From positions 1,178,001-1,242,000 of the forward strand of contig MU058221.1 of NCBI GenBank assembly GCA_013265495.1: 64,000 nt of DNA, read 5' to 3'. Of this stretch, positions 1 to 11,330 are shown piece by piece (within the stretch, counting starts at the first letter, position 1; every line of letters begins with the position of its first letter). This DNA comes from Vicugna vicugna (taxonomy: Eukaryota). The notes under the pieces were generated by a model, which did no database searches, was not told the origin of the DNA, and was given only the letters and a program-made list of their open reading frames with translations. A program made the position numbers and the translations under genes.

Positions 1-122
1 TAGGAAGACCTCAGCTCATAATAAAGAACGACTCAAAGTAATGGCATTGTTATGGTCACACAAAAAGTGTTTGAGACTCATATGCAAATAGTTACATTTT
101 AGGTCTTGGTGCTATAGTTGCT

Positions 123-266
123 GGGGGAAGGGTATAGCTCAAGCGGCAGAGCGCATGCTCAGCACACAAGAGATCCTGGGTTCAATCCCAGGTACCTTCT
201 CCAAGCGGAAATCAATGAAGAAACCTGATTACCTCCCTGTGATAAAACAGACACTGCAAACAAAAC
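123..266 (+). mobile_element. tRNA-derived SINE, camelid Vic-1-like
   Basis: tRNA-like head GGGGGAAGGGTATAGCTCAAGCGGCAGAGCGCATGCTCAGC...CCTGGGTTCAATCCC with Pol III A/B boxes, then an AAACCTGATTACCTCCC tail and A-rich end. Candidate TSD AGTTGCT at 116-122 and 267-273. Matches my recollection of the alpaca/camel Vic-1 SINE. Confidence 0.85.
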
Positions 267-394
267 AGTTGCTGATGGAGTCAGTATGTAGTTATAAGGC
301 CAAAATGTGTACAGGATCATCAGATAAATGGGTGAGCATGTTAAAAATGTCATCCCATTATGCGCATTTTATTCGCTTTTATACACGTGTGCTA

Positions 395-552
395 GACACG
401 AGGTGTCCTGCAAGACAAGGGTACTCATTTCCGCCGACTGCTGAGAACATCGCCCGTTAACGGTTCAGGGCTGAGTCCTTCTTCACCAGCTAACCTTGGC
501 TGAAGGCACTGTCTTGCCCAAGGTTATGACCCCTACTTGAAGGGGACCCAAA
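395..552. mobile_element. Ancient ERVL-type LTR fragment (LTR16-like)
   Basis: CAGGGCTGAGTCCTTC...CTTGGCTGAAGGCACTGTCTTGCCCAAGGTTATGACCCC resembles recalled LTR16 consensus; degenerate. Confidence 0.4.
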
Positions 553-579
553 AGGATTCTAGAACCAGCTTTCAAAGCA

Positions 580-1200
580 TGTTTTTCCTTTCCCATACCA
601 CCAAGCAACCCTCACACATCAGCTGAGTGTCCTACAGTTCAAGTCACGAGTCACCGAGAGACCGAATCAGACCCTCGGTCTCACAAGATGACTCTCATGT
701 GCCACCACCCCCTTGAAGGCACAAGTTGCGAGTCCAGGCTGTCACTGGGGCTCCTCTCTGACCTGTAACAGATTAGAGGTTTCAACGACCCCTATTCTTG
801 GGTGTAATTAACTTGCTGGAGTGGCTCACAGAACTCGGAGAAATATTTTATTTCCTAGGTTACTGTTCATTGTGACTCAGGAAAGCCCAATGGAAGAGGC
901 GTGTAAGATAAAATGGAGGAAGAGTCTCGAGCTTCCATGCTCTCTCCAAGCATGCCGGTCTCTCCGAATCTCCAACGGTTCACCAATCCATGCATTTTCC
1001 AAAACCTGTCCTTTTAGGTTTTTTTTTGGAGGCTCTATTACAAGGCATCAATGGCCATTTGATCCATTCAGACTGCAGCCTCTGTCCCTACCCCAGAGGT
1101 TAAGGGAATGGGACTAAAAGTTCCAACTCTTCAATCATATGGCTGGGTTTCCTAGCAACGAACCCCCATCCTTAAGTGCTTTCCAAAAATCACCTCCTGA
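580..1200 (-). mobile_element. MER21-family LTR
   Basis: CCCATACCACCAAGCAA...CAGCTGAGTGTCCTACAGTTCAA, TAATTAACTTGCTGGAGTGGCTCACAGAACTCGGAGAAA and GGGACTAAAAGTTCCAACTCTTCAATCA match the reverse complement of recalled MER21 consensus. Confidence 0.7.
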
Positions 1201-1621
1201 GCTCACACTTGGCCAAAAAGAGATGAAGTCAGAGAAATAACAGGCAATGAGGAAAAATTAAATAAATGTATGTGAAATAAAATGTGTAAGAAATTAAAAC
1301 GAATTTACAAAATCCACATAGTACTAAAAAGCTGATGAATAATGCTGCAAAAAACAAACGCTGTCACATGGAAAACAAAGAGGATATTTTCCTGTATTAT
1401 TTTCTAAGGCAAAAACAGAGGATAAACAGGTATGAAGGGAAAATTGAAGGATCAAAACAAAGATCATTTTTGATCCTGAGTATCCAGAAAAAAGTGACAA
1501 AATATAATGAAGGTTAGAACAAATGATATTTTTACAACAATGGATTTATATTAATACTGAATGGGTTATTCCTAGCAGAATGAAAGCAATTAAAAAACAC
1601 ACCTAGGCTTTTAAAATTGGT

Positions 1622-1907
1622 GTTTTTTTTTAAGCTGATTTACAATGTTGTGTTAATTCAAGGTAAACAGCCTAGTGATTCAGTTATACATAAAAATATA
1701 CATATATATTATTTTTCAGACTCTTTTCCATTATAGCTTATTACAAGATACTGAATATAGTTCCCGGTGCTGTACAGTGGGTCCCTGTTGTTTATCTATT
1801 TTATGTATGGTACTGTGTTTATGTTTATCCCAACTCCTAATTTATCCCTTCCCCTCACTTTCCCCTTTGGTAATCATAGTTTTGTTTTTTTTTCCCCAAT
1901 GTCTGTG
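1622..1907 (-). mobile_element. L1 3' UTR fragment (cetartiodactyl type)
   Basis: Poly-T then TTTACAATGTTGTGTTAATT...GTGATTCAGTTATACAT...TACAAGATACTGAATATAGTTCCCGGTGCTGTACAGT. Flanked by similar CACCTA..TTTTAAAA sequences (~1601 and ~1908), a possible TSD. Confidence 0.8.
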
Positions 1908-1924
1908 CACCTATTTTTAAAAAT

Positions 1925-3125
1925 ATATTTTTATTGAAGTACAGTCAGTTTACAATGTTGTGTCAATTTCCGGTGTACAGCACAGTGCTTCAGTCACATG
2001 GGAACTTACATACATTTGTGCTCATGTTCTTCTTCACCATAGGTTTACAAGATATTCAGTATAGTTCCCTGTGCTGTACAGTGTAAACTTGTTTATCTAT
2101 TAAATGTACATTACTTAGTATCTTCAACTCTCGACTCCCAGTTTATCCCTTCCCTTCCCCTTGCCCCCACTGGTAACCATACGTTTGTTATCTATGGCGG
2201 TGAGTCTGTTTCTGTTTTGTAAGTAAGTTCATTTTTCTTTTTTTAAGATTCCACATATAGGTGATATCATGTAGTGTTTTTCTTTCTCTTTCTGGCTGAC
2301 TTCACTTAGAAAGATGATCTCCAGATCCATCCATGTTGCTGCAAATGGCATTATTTTATTACTTTGTAGGGCTGAGTAGTATTCCATGTATAAATATACC
2401 ATGACTTCTTTATCCAGCCAGCTGTCAGTGGACATTTAGGTTGTTTCCATGTCTTGGCTATTGTGAATAGTGCTGCTATGAACATTGGGGTGCAGGTGTC
2501 TTTTTGAATTCGAGTTTTTCTCTGGATATATGCCCAGTAATGGGATTGCTGGATAGTTTGCTAACTCAGTTTTTAGTTTTCTTAAAGGAGCCTCCATACT
2601 GTTCCCCATAGTGACTTCACTAATTTACATTCCCACCAACAGTTTGGGAGGGGCTCCCTTTTCTCCGCACCGTCTCCAGCATTTATTATTTGTAGACTTT
2701 TTGACAATGGCCATTCTGACTGGTGTGAGATGATGTCTCATTGTAGTTTTGATTCAAATTTCTTTACTAATTAATGATGTTGAGCATCTTTTCATGTACC
2801 TGTTGGCCATGTGAATGTCTTCTTCAGAGAAATGTCTCTTTAGGTCTTCTGCCCAGTTGTTGATCTGGCTGTTTTCTTTATTTTTATATTAAGCTGTATG
2901 AGCTGTTTTTATATTTTGGAGATCAATCCCTTGTCAGCTGCATCGCTTCCAAATATTTTTTTCCCATTCTGTAAATTGTCTTTTAGTTTTGTTTATGGTT
3001 TCTCTGGCTGTGCAAAAGCTTTTAAGTTTAACTGGGTCCCATTGGCTTATTTTTACTTATATTTCCATTACTCTAGAAGGTGTAGCTAAAAAATATTGCT
3101 GCAATTTACCTCAAAGAGTGTTCTC
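1925..3125 (-). mobile_element. 5'-truncated L1 (ORF2 C-terminus + 3' UTR)
   Basis: ORF 2229..2435(-) gives ...MEYYSALQSNKIMPFAATWMDLEIIFLSEVSQKEK, the typical L1 ORF2-end peptide. 3' UTR starts TTTTTATTGAAGTACAGTCAGTTTACAATGTTGTG. Confidence 0.92.
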
Positions 3126-6100
3126 ATACCTGGGTTTAATTTTGCAATGTTTAATAATTGTCAGGGTGGGGACAATCAGATTATCTCTGGATATCCTGAT
3201 ATAGCACTAGTTTTCTGAGTGACCTTTAATACATTTACTCAAACATAATGTTTTTATTTGCAAAGATATTCCTATATATGTTGGTCTTTGGAAAAATAAT
3301 AAACTCTTTAAACTTATTCAAAAAGTTTCATTTTAATGTATGATTCTCTTGGCAATTATAATACTAAACTATTAAAAGGAAAATATAAAAGCTAGTGATG
3401 TATAAACTTAATAAATACTGAAAAGTGATGTGTAAATAATTCCTTTAAATCTGGCTATAAAAATAAAACCGAATGTTTAAATGTACTTTCGAAGGAGAAG
3501 ATATATGCTGCCAACATAACAATGCAACAGTAATCCACAGTAATTCTTTGTTGAATGCCTACACTGTGTGGGTATCCAACTTTTACCATATTACCAAATA
3601 CATATCTATATTTCTGTTTTATAGGTTGGAAAAGGAAACTGACAAATTATTTTCTCCCAATGACCACAAATTAAAGAATAGGAAAACGCTTTAAATTATG
3701 GGTTGCCTGACAAAAAATATTCCAAATATTTTCTTTTATTCTGCTCATTCATGGAACATAGACTAACACCCACATTTGTAGCCTTTAAAAAAAAAAAAGC
3801 AATATTTTTCATATATGAAAGATTAAAGATAGCACTCCCCTCCCAAAATTTATTAGATGAATTTTCAAATTAGTTATTATTAATAGCCACACTGTTTCTA
3901 ATTGTCCTACTAAAGCAGTCTAACATCATTTTAAATTTTTCTTTTTTTTTGTATCCTCTGAGCAGATGATGGAATCAACTTTTCCGAGCACAGGATTCAC
4001 CTATTGCTCTGTCCTGTTTCTACAGTCTCCCCTGCTTGGCCTTCAGAGTCGTGATACAGTACCCGCCCATCCCCGTTTATCAATTGCACTTCTTAGGTGT
4101 AAGTGTGAAAGTGATGACACATCATGGCACATGTGTGCACACTGAAGGCCGGCGGACCAGAGTCAGAATTCAGTTTCCAGACGCGTGACACTGAGAAAGT
4201 CGTTTGAGTGATTTTGCCTTAAGTAATTGCAGTTTTAAAATGAACATGGTGACTGTATAGTAATTCTTGTGTGTGATGACTGAATTGTGGACCTTTCTGA
4301 AATTAGTTATCCTGTTGTGAGGATTTGGTAAATACTAATGTCCAACGGGATGTGTCTTTTACTAGTGAAAAGTTTGCTATTCAAATATTAGTGTGTTTGA
4401 GTGTGTGTGTGTTTATTCCCAACTTGGGAAGAAGGTACCAAAAGTATTTTACAAATAGTAAGCAGTGTGTCAGAAAGATTTATTAAATTACTACTTTCAC
4501 GTTAATGGTTGTGTGTTAATTTTATACCAGTGTAGTTTTAAACTACAATGTGTGATTTTGGGTTTTTTTTTTTGATGCTGTCATTTTATCTCAGCTACTT
4601 AGATGCTGCTAAATAAATAAATAATGAATACTTAAATATTAAAATGGGATATTCTCTCTTCTTTTGTTGTTGCTATTGCTTTAGCTTTTAACTTTTGTTG
4701 CTATTAGGAAAGTAAAAAAGCATTTATCCTACTTGATGCTACACGTTCATAAGAAGAAACAGTTAAATTTAAAATAACGTCTTTGAAATCTGTGGATCCA
4801 GCACAGTTTCATTTGAAGTTGTCATTTACGAATACTGAAAAGTGTATAACAAAAGCTGACATTTCATAGCATTATCTACTATTTGAGAAGAATTCTTCTT
4901 ATTATTCACTACTGATATCATGCCACAAGATAATGAGATTTTAAAATTCTAAACTTTACATGAAAATGGGAACATATCCCGTTGTGCAGGGCACGCTGGG
5001 TGGCAGTCTTATTGAAGGGAACAATGAACATTGGAACAAATTTTCCAAAAGCCTTCCTCTCTCACTCTGCTTTAAGAAGTATAGAGACACTGTGATATTT
5101 TTATTACACTAATTAATAACACATCCAGGGACACTCAATCAGTATGCACAAATAAATCTGTATGTGAAAATTCTAATGTGCACGCTTACTAGCAGAGGTC
5201 TAAGTGACACATAGACAGGTAGGTGGCAAGACAGATCGATAGATAAATAGACAGACAGATATTCCCTGCATCCTCCCCACCTCCAGGCCATCTGTTGCCT
5301 CAGCAAAACTTTGCAGCCCAAGAGAAACAGCAACCTAGAGTTTTCTCAAATTGTCAAAGGTCCAGAGAAGAGAAGATTGTTCTCAATGTCCATGCATGGA
5401 TCATGGGTCCACTTGAACCACTTTACAAAACTAAAATCAGTATTTGCTTTCTGGCGCATTTTTGGGGGGGGTTGTTTGTTTTTGTTTGTTGATCTTTCTG
5501 AGTTAAGGCCATGTCCCCTAGAATTACAGGGCTGCTCAGCGCATAGGAGCTATGTGGAAAGCACAGCCAACACTCATATCCAACGCATCATTCAGACATG
5601 AAACGCAAAAATTGAATTCAGTCTTGGCAAAAGAAAGAAGATACTGTAAATACTTTGAAATATGCAATCAGCAGTTTCCGATGAAAGAATAAATGAAAAT
5701 GGGTTTAAATCAAATTAGGCTAGATCAAAGAGGCAAACTATCTGGATAACAGTATCATTCAACCTAGAATTTCTTTCACTATGTTGTCACATAATGGCTT
5801 TTGTAAACTGGTGACAGTAATACAAATCTAGTTGAATAGCATTCTTGTCTTTTTTTTTTTAAATATAAAGTTAAAACTTGAGGTCACTGCAGAGAAATCA
5901 CCACATTCCTTTCATAATAGGTCACATAATATATTTTGTAGAAGTTCAGTTTCAGGAAAGAGGTCATCTTTGCAGATACATTTTCTTATTTTCTCCAGTC
6001 ATAAAAAAATACCCAAAAAGCAAACACAAAACAATGATTTTTGGAATGGAAAGAGGAGGGCATATATAATATGTGTTATAAAGATACAGTGTATAGATTT

Positions 6101-7639
6101 CATCTTTCCTGTGATGAGTGCAGCGAAGACGATTCATCAGACTACTTACCAGCTTTTGCAACCCCAGCAACAAAACCACCAGGCATATTTCCACCGACTC
6201 AGACGACCTCTTTGTGTTCAGTCTTACTGCTTTTTTATTCTTCATTTCAGTGAAGCCACCATAGGCCACAATGACATGTCTCATGGGGAAGGTTATTGCT
6301 ATTCAGTAATAAATGCTCACACAGCTTTGTTTTGTGGCGAAAACCCTGGGAGAGTATGGTTTTGGGATACACTTCAACATTTCAAATAAATAACAACTTA
6401 AGGCTTTTGCCTAAGAAAAAACGCCTCCAGAACAGAGTTGGACGCGTCAGTGTCTTGGCACTTCCCTGTTGCCGTGCATCATGTTTATGAAGACTCAATA
6501 AATAGTCGTGATAGAAAAAGAGCAGTTAGAATAAAATAAAGTGGCCCATCAAGTGCTCAGCCCAGGTTTATTACTGCAATGGACTTGGGTTATAATTGCC
6601 AACAGAGGAGCAAATAACTGTAAGTTATTTTTATGTAAAAAAGGATATTATACTAAGCCAACACAATAACACAGTTTTTATGAACCACAATAATTACACT
6701 GAAGAATCATACAAATACATTTTCCTAGAAGAAGAAGGTAGGTGTTGATAAGCAACTCTAGGATTTTACGATTGCAATGAACAAAAATAATTGTCACGGT
6801 CAAATGATAAAAGCACATTAACTTTGGTGGCCATGCTTGAGAGAGATTAAATAATAAAATTTTAAGAAATACTTGTTAAATAATAAAAGGGTTTTATATC
6901 ATGCTTGATGTCTTTATTTTGAAGTGACTTTTTTCATGGAAATTCTGTGTATATAGAAAGTTGTTTCTTGCCCTTCACTAGTGGTAAGTGGAAGGTTGTT
7001 TCTGCCGCTCGGAACATTTCTCGGCAGTGCTTCAGTGAATTAATATAGACCAGATGACTTTTAGGCTTAGGGTAAATTTAAATATCTTCTTTATAAAACT
7101 CTAATTAAGGTTTGATCAAACCACTATGATTTTATCACTGTATTTGATTTTACATTTGGAAGCTTATGGAAAAGTCAAATGCTATCGCCAGTTATTTAAC
7201 GTCTGGTAACAAAATAAAGCATATTCTATTAACTCACATTTGAAGGCAAATGACAGACTGTTACAAAGAATATATAGGAGCAAACCATATACTTTATAGG
7301 AGCAAATCATAAAGCAGGAGCAATATGGAGATACAGGACTTTGCGTCCAGTTTATACAAATTTCTGGCTATTCGCTGATGGGTCACATTGATCATGAGGA
7401 CAATCACCGATATAAAGTAGTTGAATATATTGGGTAATAAACAGGGAGTTTTGTAAATATAAGTAGGAATAAAAAACTCTATTTAAAGCTATCAGTAAGT
7501 CCTCTTCTCAGGGCAGCATGTGGGAGAAGACCCAGACGAGATCGTTAGATAAAGGTCTGCACTGTTGGGGCATTTTCCAAACCACCGAATGGAGAGAAGT
7601 CTTAGGGCTATCATTTGGGGGGATGCATGGGACAGCCGA

Positions 7640-8420
7640 ACTTCCACGCGAAAGAGCTGAGGGGCGCGCGCTGCCCTTGCACGTTCAAGGGCACCGGTGG
7701 AAGCTGGCCATCGTGACACCCGGGGGGCGAGCCTCGAGGCAGAGGGTCCCCCCGCCGACCCTCGGGTGCTGAGGGCCGTCACCGTGGCCGCGTGGGCTGG
7801 GCCGGAGGGACCTGCTCGTCCGTGGACGGAGGCCCGAGGTGCGGTGGCGCGACGCCGTCCTGGGAGCTCAGCCCGCTGCCCGCGCCGCGGCCGGAATCGG
7901 CCTGGACCCCACTGGGGACCCAGCTCGCCGAGGAGACACGCCCAGAGCGCTGCACACAACAGCAAGGTGCCTTCTTCTCCAGCACAGACGAGCGTTCTCC
8001 AGGACAGATTACACGACAGGTCGCAGAAAACGTTTGGCAAATTTAATTGGTATCGTACGAGTATCTTTTCCAACCACAGTGGAATGAATTTAGAAGTCAA
8101 CAACATAAAGAATGAATGTTCAAAAAATTCACCAATGTGCGGAATGAAAAAGCACAGTCCTGGACAACCAATGGATCAAAATAAAAACCAACGGGGAAAT
8201 TAAAAACATACCTCGAAGCAAGGGAAAGTGGAAACACAGCATACCAAAGGCTGTGAAAAAAGATGCTAATTAGTAACATGAAAACATGAAACTACACAAC
8301 ACACTGTAAAGCTAAGTTAAAAGTCAAGTTCAGCGACATGCTAGTGTCAAGGTTAAAGGACAAGACCTGTGGATGCTACGAAGGCCGTTCTAAGAGGCGT
8401 ATTTACAGTAATGAAGCCAC
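7640..8420 (+). mobile_element. Old L1 fragment (ORF2 endonuclease region); 5' ~300 bp strongly GC-shifted
   Basis: 7970-8255 is recognisable L1 EN/post-EN sequence (TTCTTCTCCAGCACAGACGAGCGTTCTCCAGGACAG, AGTATCTTTTCCAACCACAGTGGAATGAATTTAGAAGTCAACAACA, ACAACCAATGGATCAAA, GGAAACACAGCATACCAAA), resuming at 8370 (GGATGCTACGAAGGCCGTTCTAAGAGG). The upstream GC-rich part aligns to L1 once A>G and T>C changes are allowed. Confidence 0.8.
7650..7960. promoter_or_regulatory. Short CpG-island-like GC peak inside an L1 fossil
   Basis: Very high GC and dense CpG in otherwise AT-rich DNA. Regulatory function not shown. Confidence 0.55.
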
Positions 8421-8475
8421 TTCTGCGTGTTTCACTATTTGTCACAGCAGCCCTCCATCTCCAGAGACTAAAGTC

Positions 8476-8948
8476 TGTATTAGTCTCCTATTGACACTAT
8501 AACAAAAAATCACAACCGAATTGATTTAAAATTATTACCTTGCATTTCTAGGACCCACAAGTTTAAATTATGTTTTTTTGCAAGCTCCCATTCCTCTTAG
8601 ATGCTTCAAGAGGAATCTGATTTCTTGCCTTTTTCAGCTTCAGGAGGCCTCCTGCATTTCTTGGCTCATGAACTCTTCCTCCGTCTTCAAAGCACATCAT
8701 TCCACCTTTGGTTCCATCATTACCTCTTAGTTTTTGGTAGTGGAAGCTTCCTCTGATTCTCTCTTACATGGGCACTTGTGATTACACTGAGCCTACGGAA
8801 TTCCCTGGATGACCTCCCCATTTCAAGATCCTTAACGTAACCATATCTGTAAAGTTCATGTTTTTCCATGTAAGACACATATTCAGGGCTTCTAGGGATA
8901 AGGACACGGGCATTTGGGGAGGGGGGGGCCATTATTTAGCCTACCGTA
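8476..8948 (-). mobile_element. MaLR solo LTR (MLT1C/D-like)
   Basis: Starts TGTATTAGTCTCCTATTG and ends GGCCATTATTTAGCCTACCGTA. Internal TTCAAGATCCTTAACGTAACCATATCTGTAAAG...CCATGTAAG matches reverse MLT1D. Confidence 0.8.
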
Positions 8949-11027
8949 AGTAGATATGAGTAGATTCAATATTGAGAACAAAAACTTTGATTGCAAAGTA
9001 AATTTGTAGACTAGCATTTAAAGGAAGTGGTGCATTTCCATGCTAGGTTTATATTATTGTTGAAAACGTAAAGATTACAAAACTTGTTAGGAGCCCTAAT
9101 TTCCCTCCAGTTTGGAGAAAGTTCTGTCACAGTATTGTTGAATCTTAACCCATGAAGGGGCAGTTTGTTTATACAAGTGTTGCAATAAAAGAAAGTAGGC
9201 AATGCTGACTGGTCCCCTTTCGTTTCTCTGTCCCATATTAATTGCGGAGTGGAGCAAATACAATGTGAGCTAGTCAAAGACTCGTTTCCATTGGACCTAA
9301 CGGCCACTAGACCCCTATTATTCTTGCTGCAACCTGAAAGGTCTGACCGGGTGCCTCAGAATGACCAGAATCCTCTGCAGCCAGCAGCTAGCGTGGCATG
9401 CTAGAGGGGTTCTTGTAATGCTCCTTGTTGTTGGAGATAAAATGAGTGTTTACAGCCTTTTAATTCCTTGTATAGACTGACTGAATAGGGTCACATTCAG
9501 CTGTCCTTCATCTCTTCGACTACATCTGTCTAGATTCGCTCCTGCTTTTACCTTGGAAAATATTTGTATCTTGAGATACTCCACCAAAGCCCATAGGTTT
9601 GCCAACCTGAGACCTCGGCTGTGCCTTCGTCCTCATGTCACCACGCTAAGCTTACAGGGGGTCCTTTAACCTCTATTTTGTCCTTTTCAACACAGGATCT
9701 TTGAAGCACCTTGTACATCTTTAACCACCTTTTCATGACATGAATATCCATTGTGCAATAGCATTTGAAAATAAAAAATATATATTATAATTCCAAGGAG
9801 TGGCACATTCAACTATAGGACGTATATTAAGCAGCTAAGGCTTATATGAAAAGCAACTGCTGTGGTTAGACAGAGTTATTTGAGAGCTAGACCAACATCA
9901 ACGCCAGTAATGTTTTGTGGTTCAGTTGTTCGTGTGTTTAGGCACAAAACAGCCATCAGATCCTGACAATGAAAGAGGAGCTTTTTCTCCTTAGGTTGTA
10001 GATGTGTTTTTACATCTATGTTATTTTTTTTAAGAAGCATTGTAACTCTTGGAAAACTGCTGTTTTAATGAATGATGTGAATCCAGCTTCCAAAAATGCA
10101 AGAGAAAGGCAGACTAAAGCCAAGAGCTATAATTAACTGCATGCTTATTTGCTAAAATAAGTGTTCAGTTCTCACTTCTGTCCCCGAATGGAGTCACTGC
10201 GACCACTATCATTAGACTGCCGTTGCAGTCCTGCTATTACAGAAATAATAAGACGCAAGCTGTGGAAGCTGCTTTTCGCTTCAATTTAGGGGCAATTTGG
10301 TGGTAGAAACAGAAGCACACTTTCTTTTTAGATGTGCTCTATAATTCTTACATGGTGATACCTACATACATCTGTAAACAAACTGGTCATTTCAAATAGT
10401 GGCTTAAGGGAGCAATGATCATTTGTATGTGGCTAATATACTTAATCAGAGCCTATCACCTGATTTTGATTGAAATTCAATTATCATGGAGTAGAAATGG
10501 ATCAACTATTTCCAGTTTTATAGTTTACTAATTTTCTGTAACTGTGAACATTGACTATTTTGAGCACTTCTTACAGCCTAATGTTGATTTTTCTACAATG
10601 TACCCTTTTTGCATCTTGCTGGTTCTCAGGACTCTCTTTTGTCTCTCCCTTCTGATTCTACAGATTTTATCTTCCATCCTATGGAACTATCACCTAAGTG
10701 TTGTGCAGTGCTAAAATCACATTACCAGCCCATGCTTTTCTGCTGTATGACTGCCCTTGGGTGATCCGGAGACACAGTAAACGTGCAGGCCTTTATCATG
10801 TGCTACCCATTTAGTCGAGGTCTCCGGTGGGCCAGGGGCACACCTTCAGAAACATGCGGAATAGGTTCTAGAAAAAAGTCAATCATACAGAGATAAATAT
10901 TTACACACACATTTTTTTCAAACTAAATTCGAAATATCCTGAAATAAATTTTCCATTACTCTGGCTCATTGGCTTTTTCTTTATCTGTAATTGTTTCATA
11001 TTTCAAATAAAGAGGATGTCCATCTTT

Positions 11028-11330
11028 TTCAAATGCTGCTCAGAAGCAACTAAGATGAGAATTGAAGATTACGTTTAGCAGCTGGGAAGTTTACTGGTGA
11101 TCTTGAAAAGAGGATCCTACAGACATGCCGGGGACAAAGTTAGACTGATTTGACTGACGTGACTTTAAAGTCAAGAGGTAGATAAGGAAGTGGAGACAGC
11201 AAAAATGTTTAACAATCTAAATAATTTTTCTATTATGAAAGAGGACATAATAAGAAGCCAAATGATTAAGAATCTAGGTTGAAGAGGTTTTTTTAAAATT
11301 AGAAATGTACAGTCATTATTATATTGACTG
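11028..11330 (-). mobile_element. L2 fragment
   Basis: TCAAATGCTGCTCAGAAGCAACTAAGATGAGAATTGAAG...ACTGGTGATCTTGAAAAGAG...AAGGAAGTGGAGACAGC resembles antisense L2 ORF2. Confidence 0.6.

Noticed and set aside
123..200. tRNA gene
   Set aside because: The tRNA-like head continues into a SINE tail with an A-rich end and TSD; it is a SINE, not a functional tRNA.
5832..6389. 185-aa ORF and a minus-strand donor-like site near 6145
   Set aside because: Non-ATG start, no recognisable domain, and no partner splice site I can support.
7492..8203. Long ORFs 7492..8106(-) and 7697..8203(+) as genes
   Set aside because: Stop-poor only because of local GC content; low-complexity R/A/G/P composition, and the 3' part is L1 (SIFSNHSGMNLEVN).
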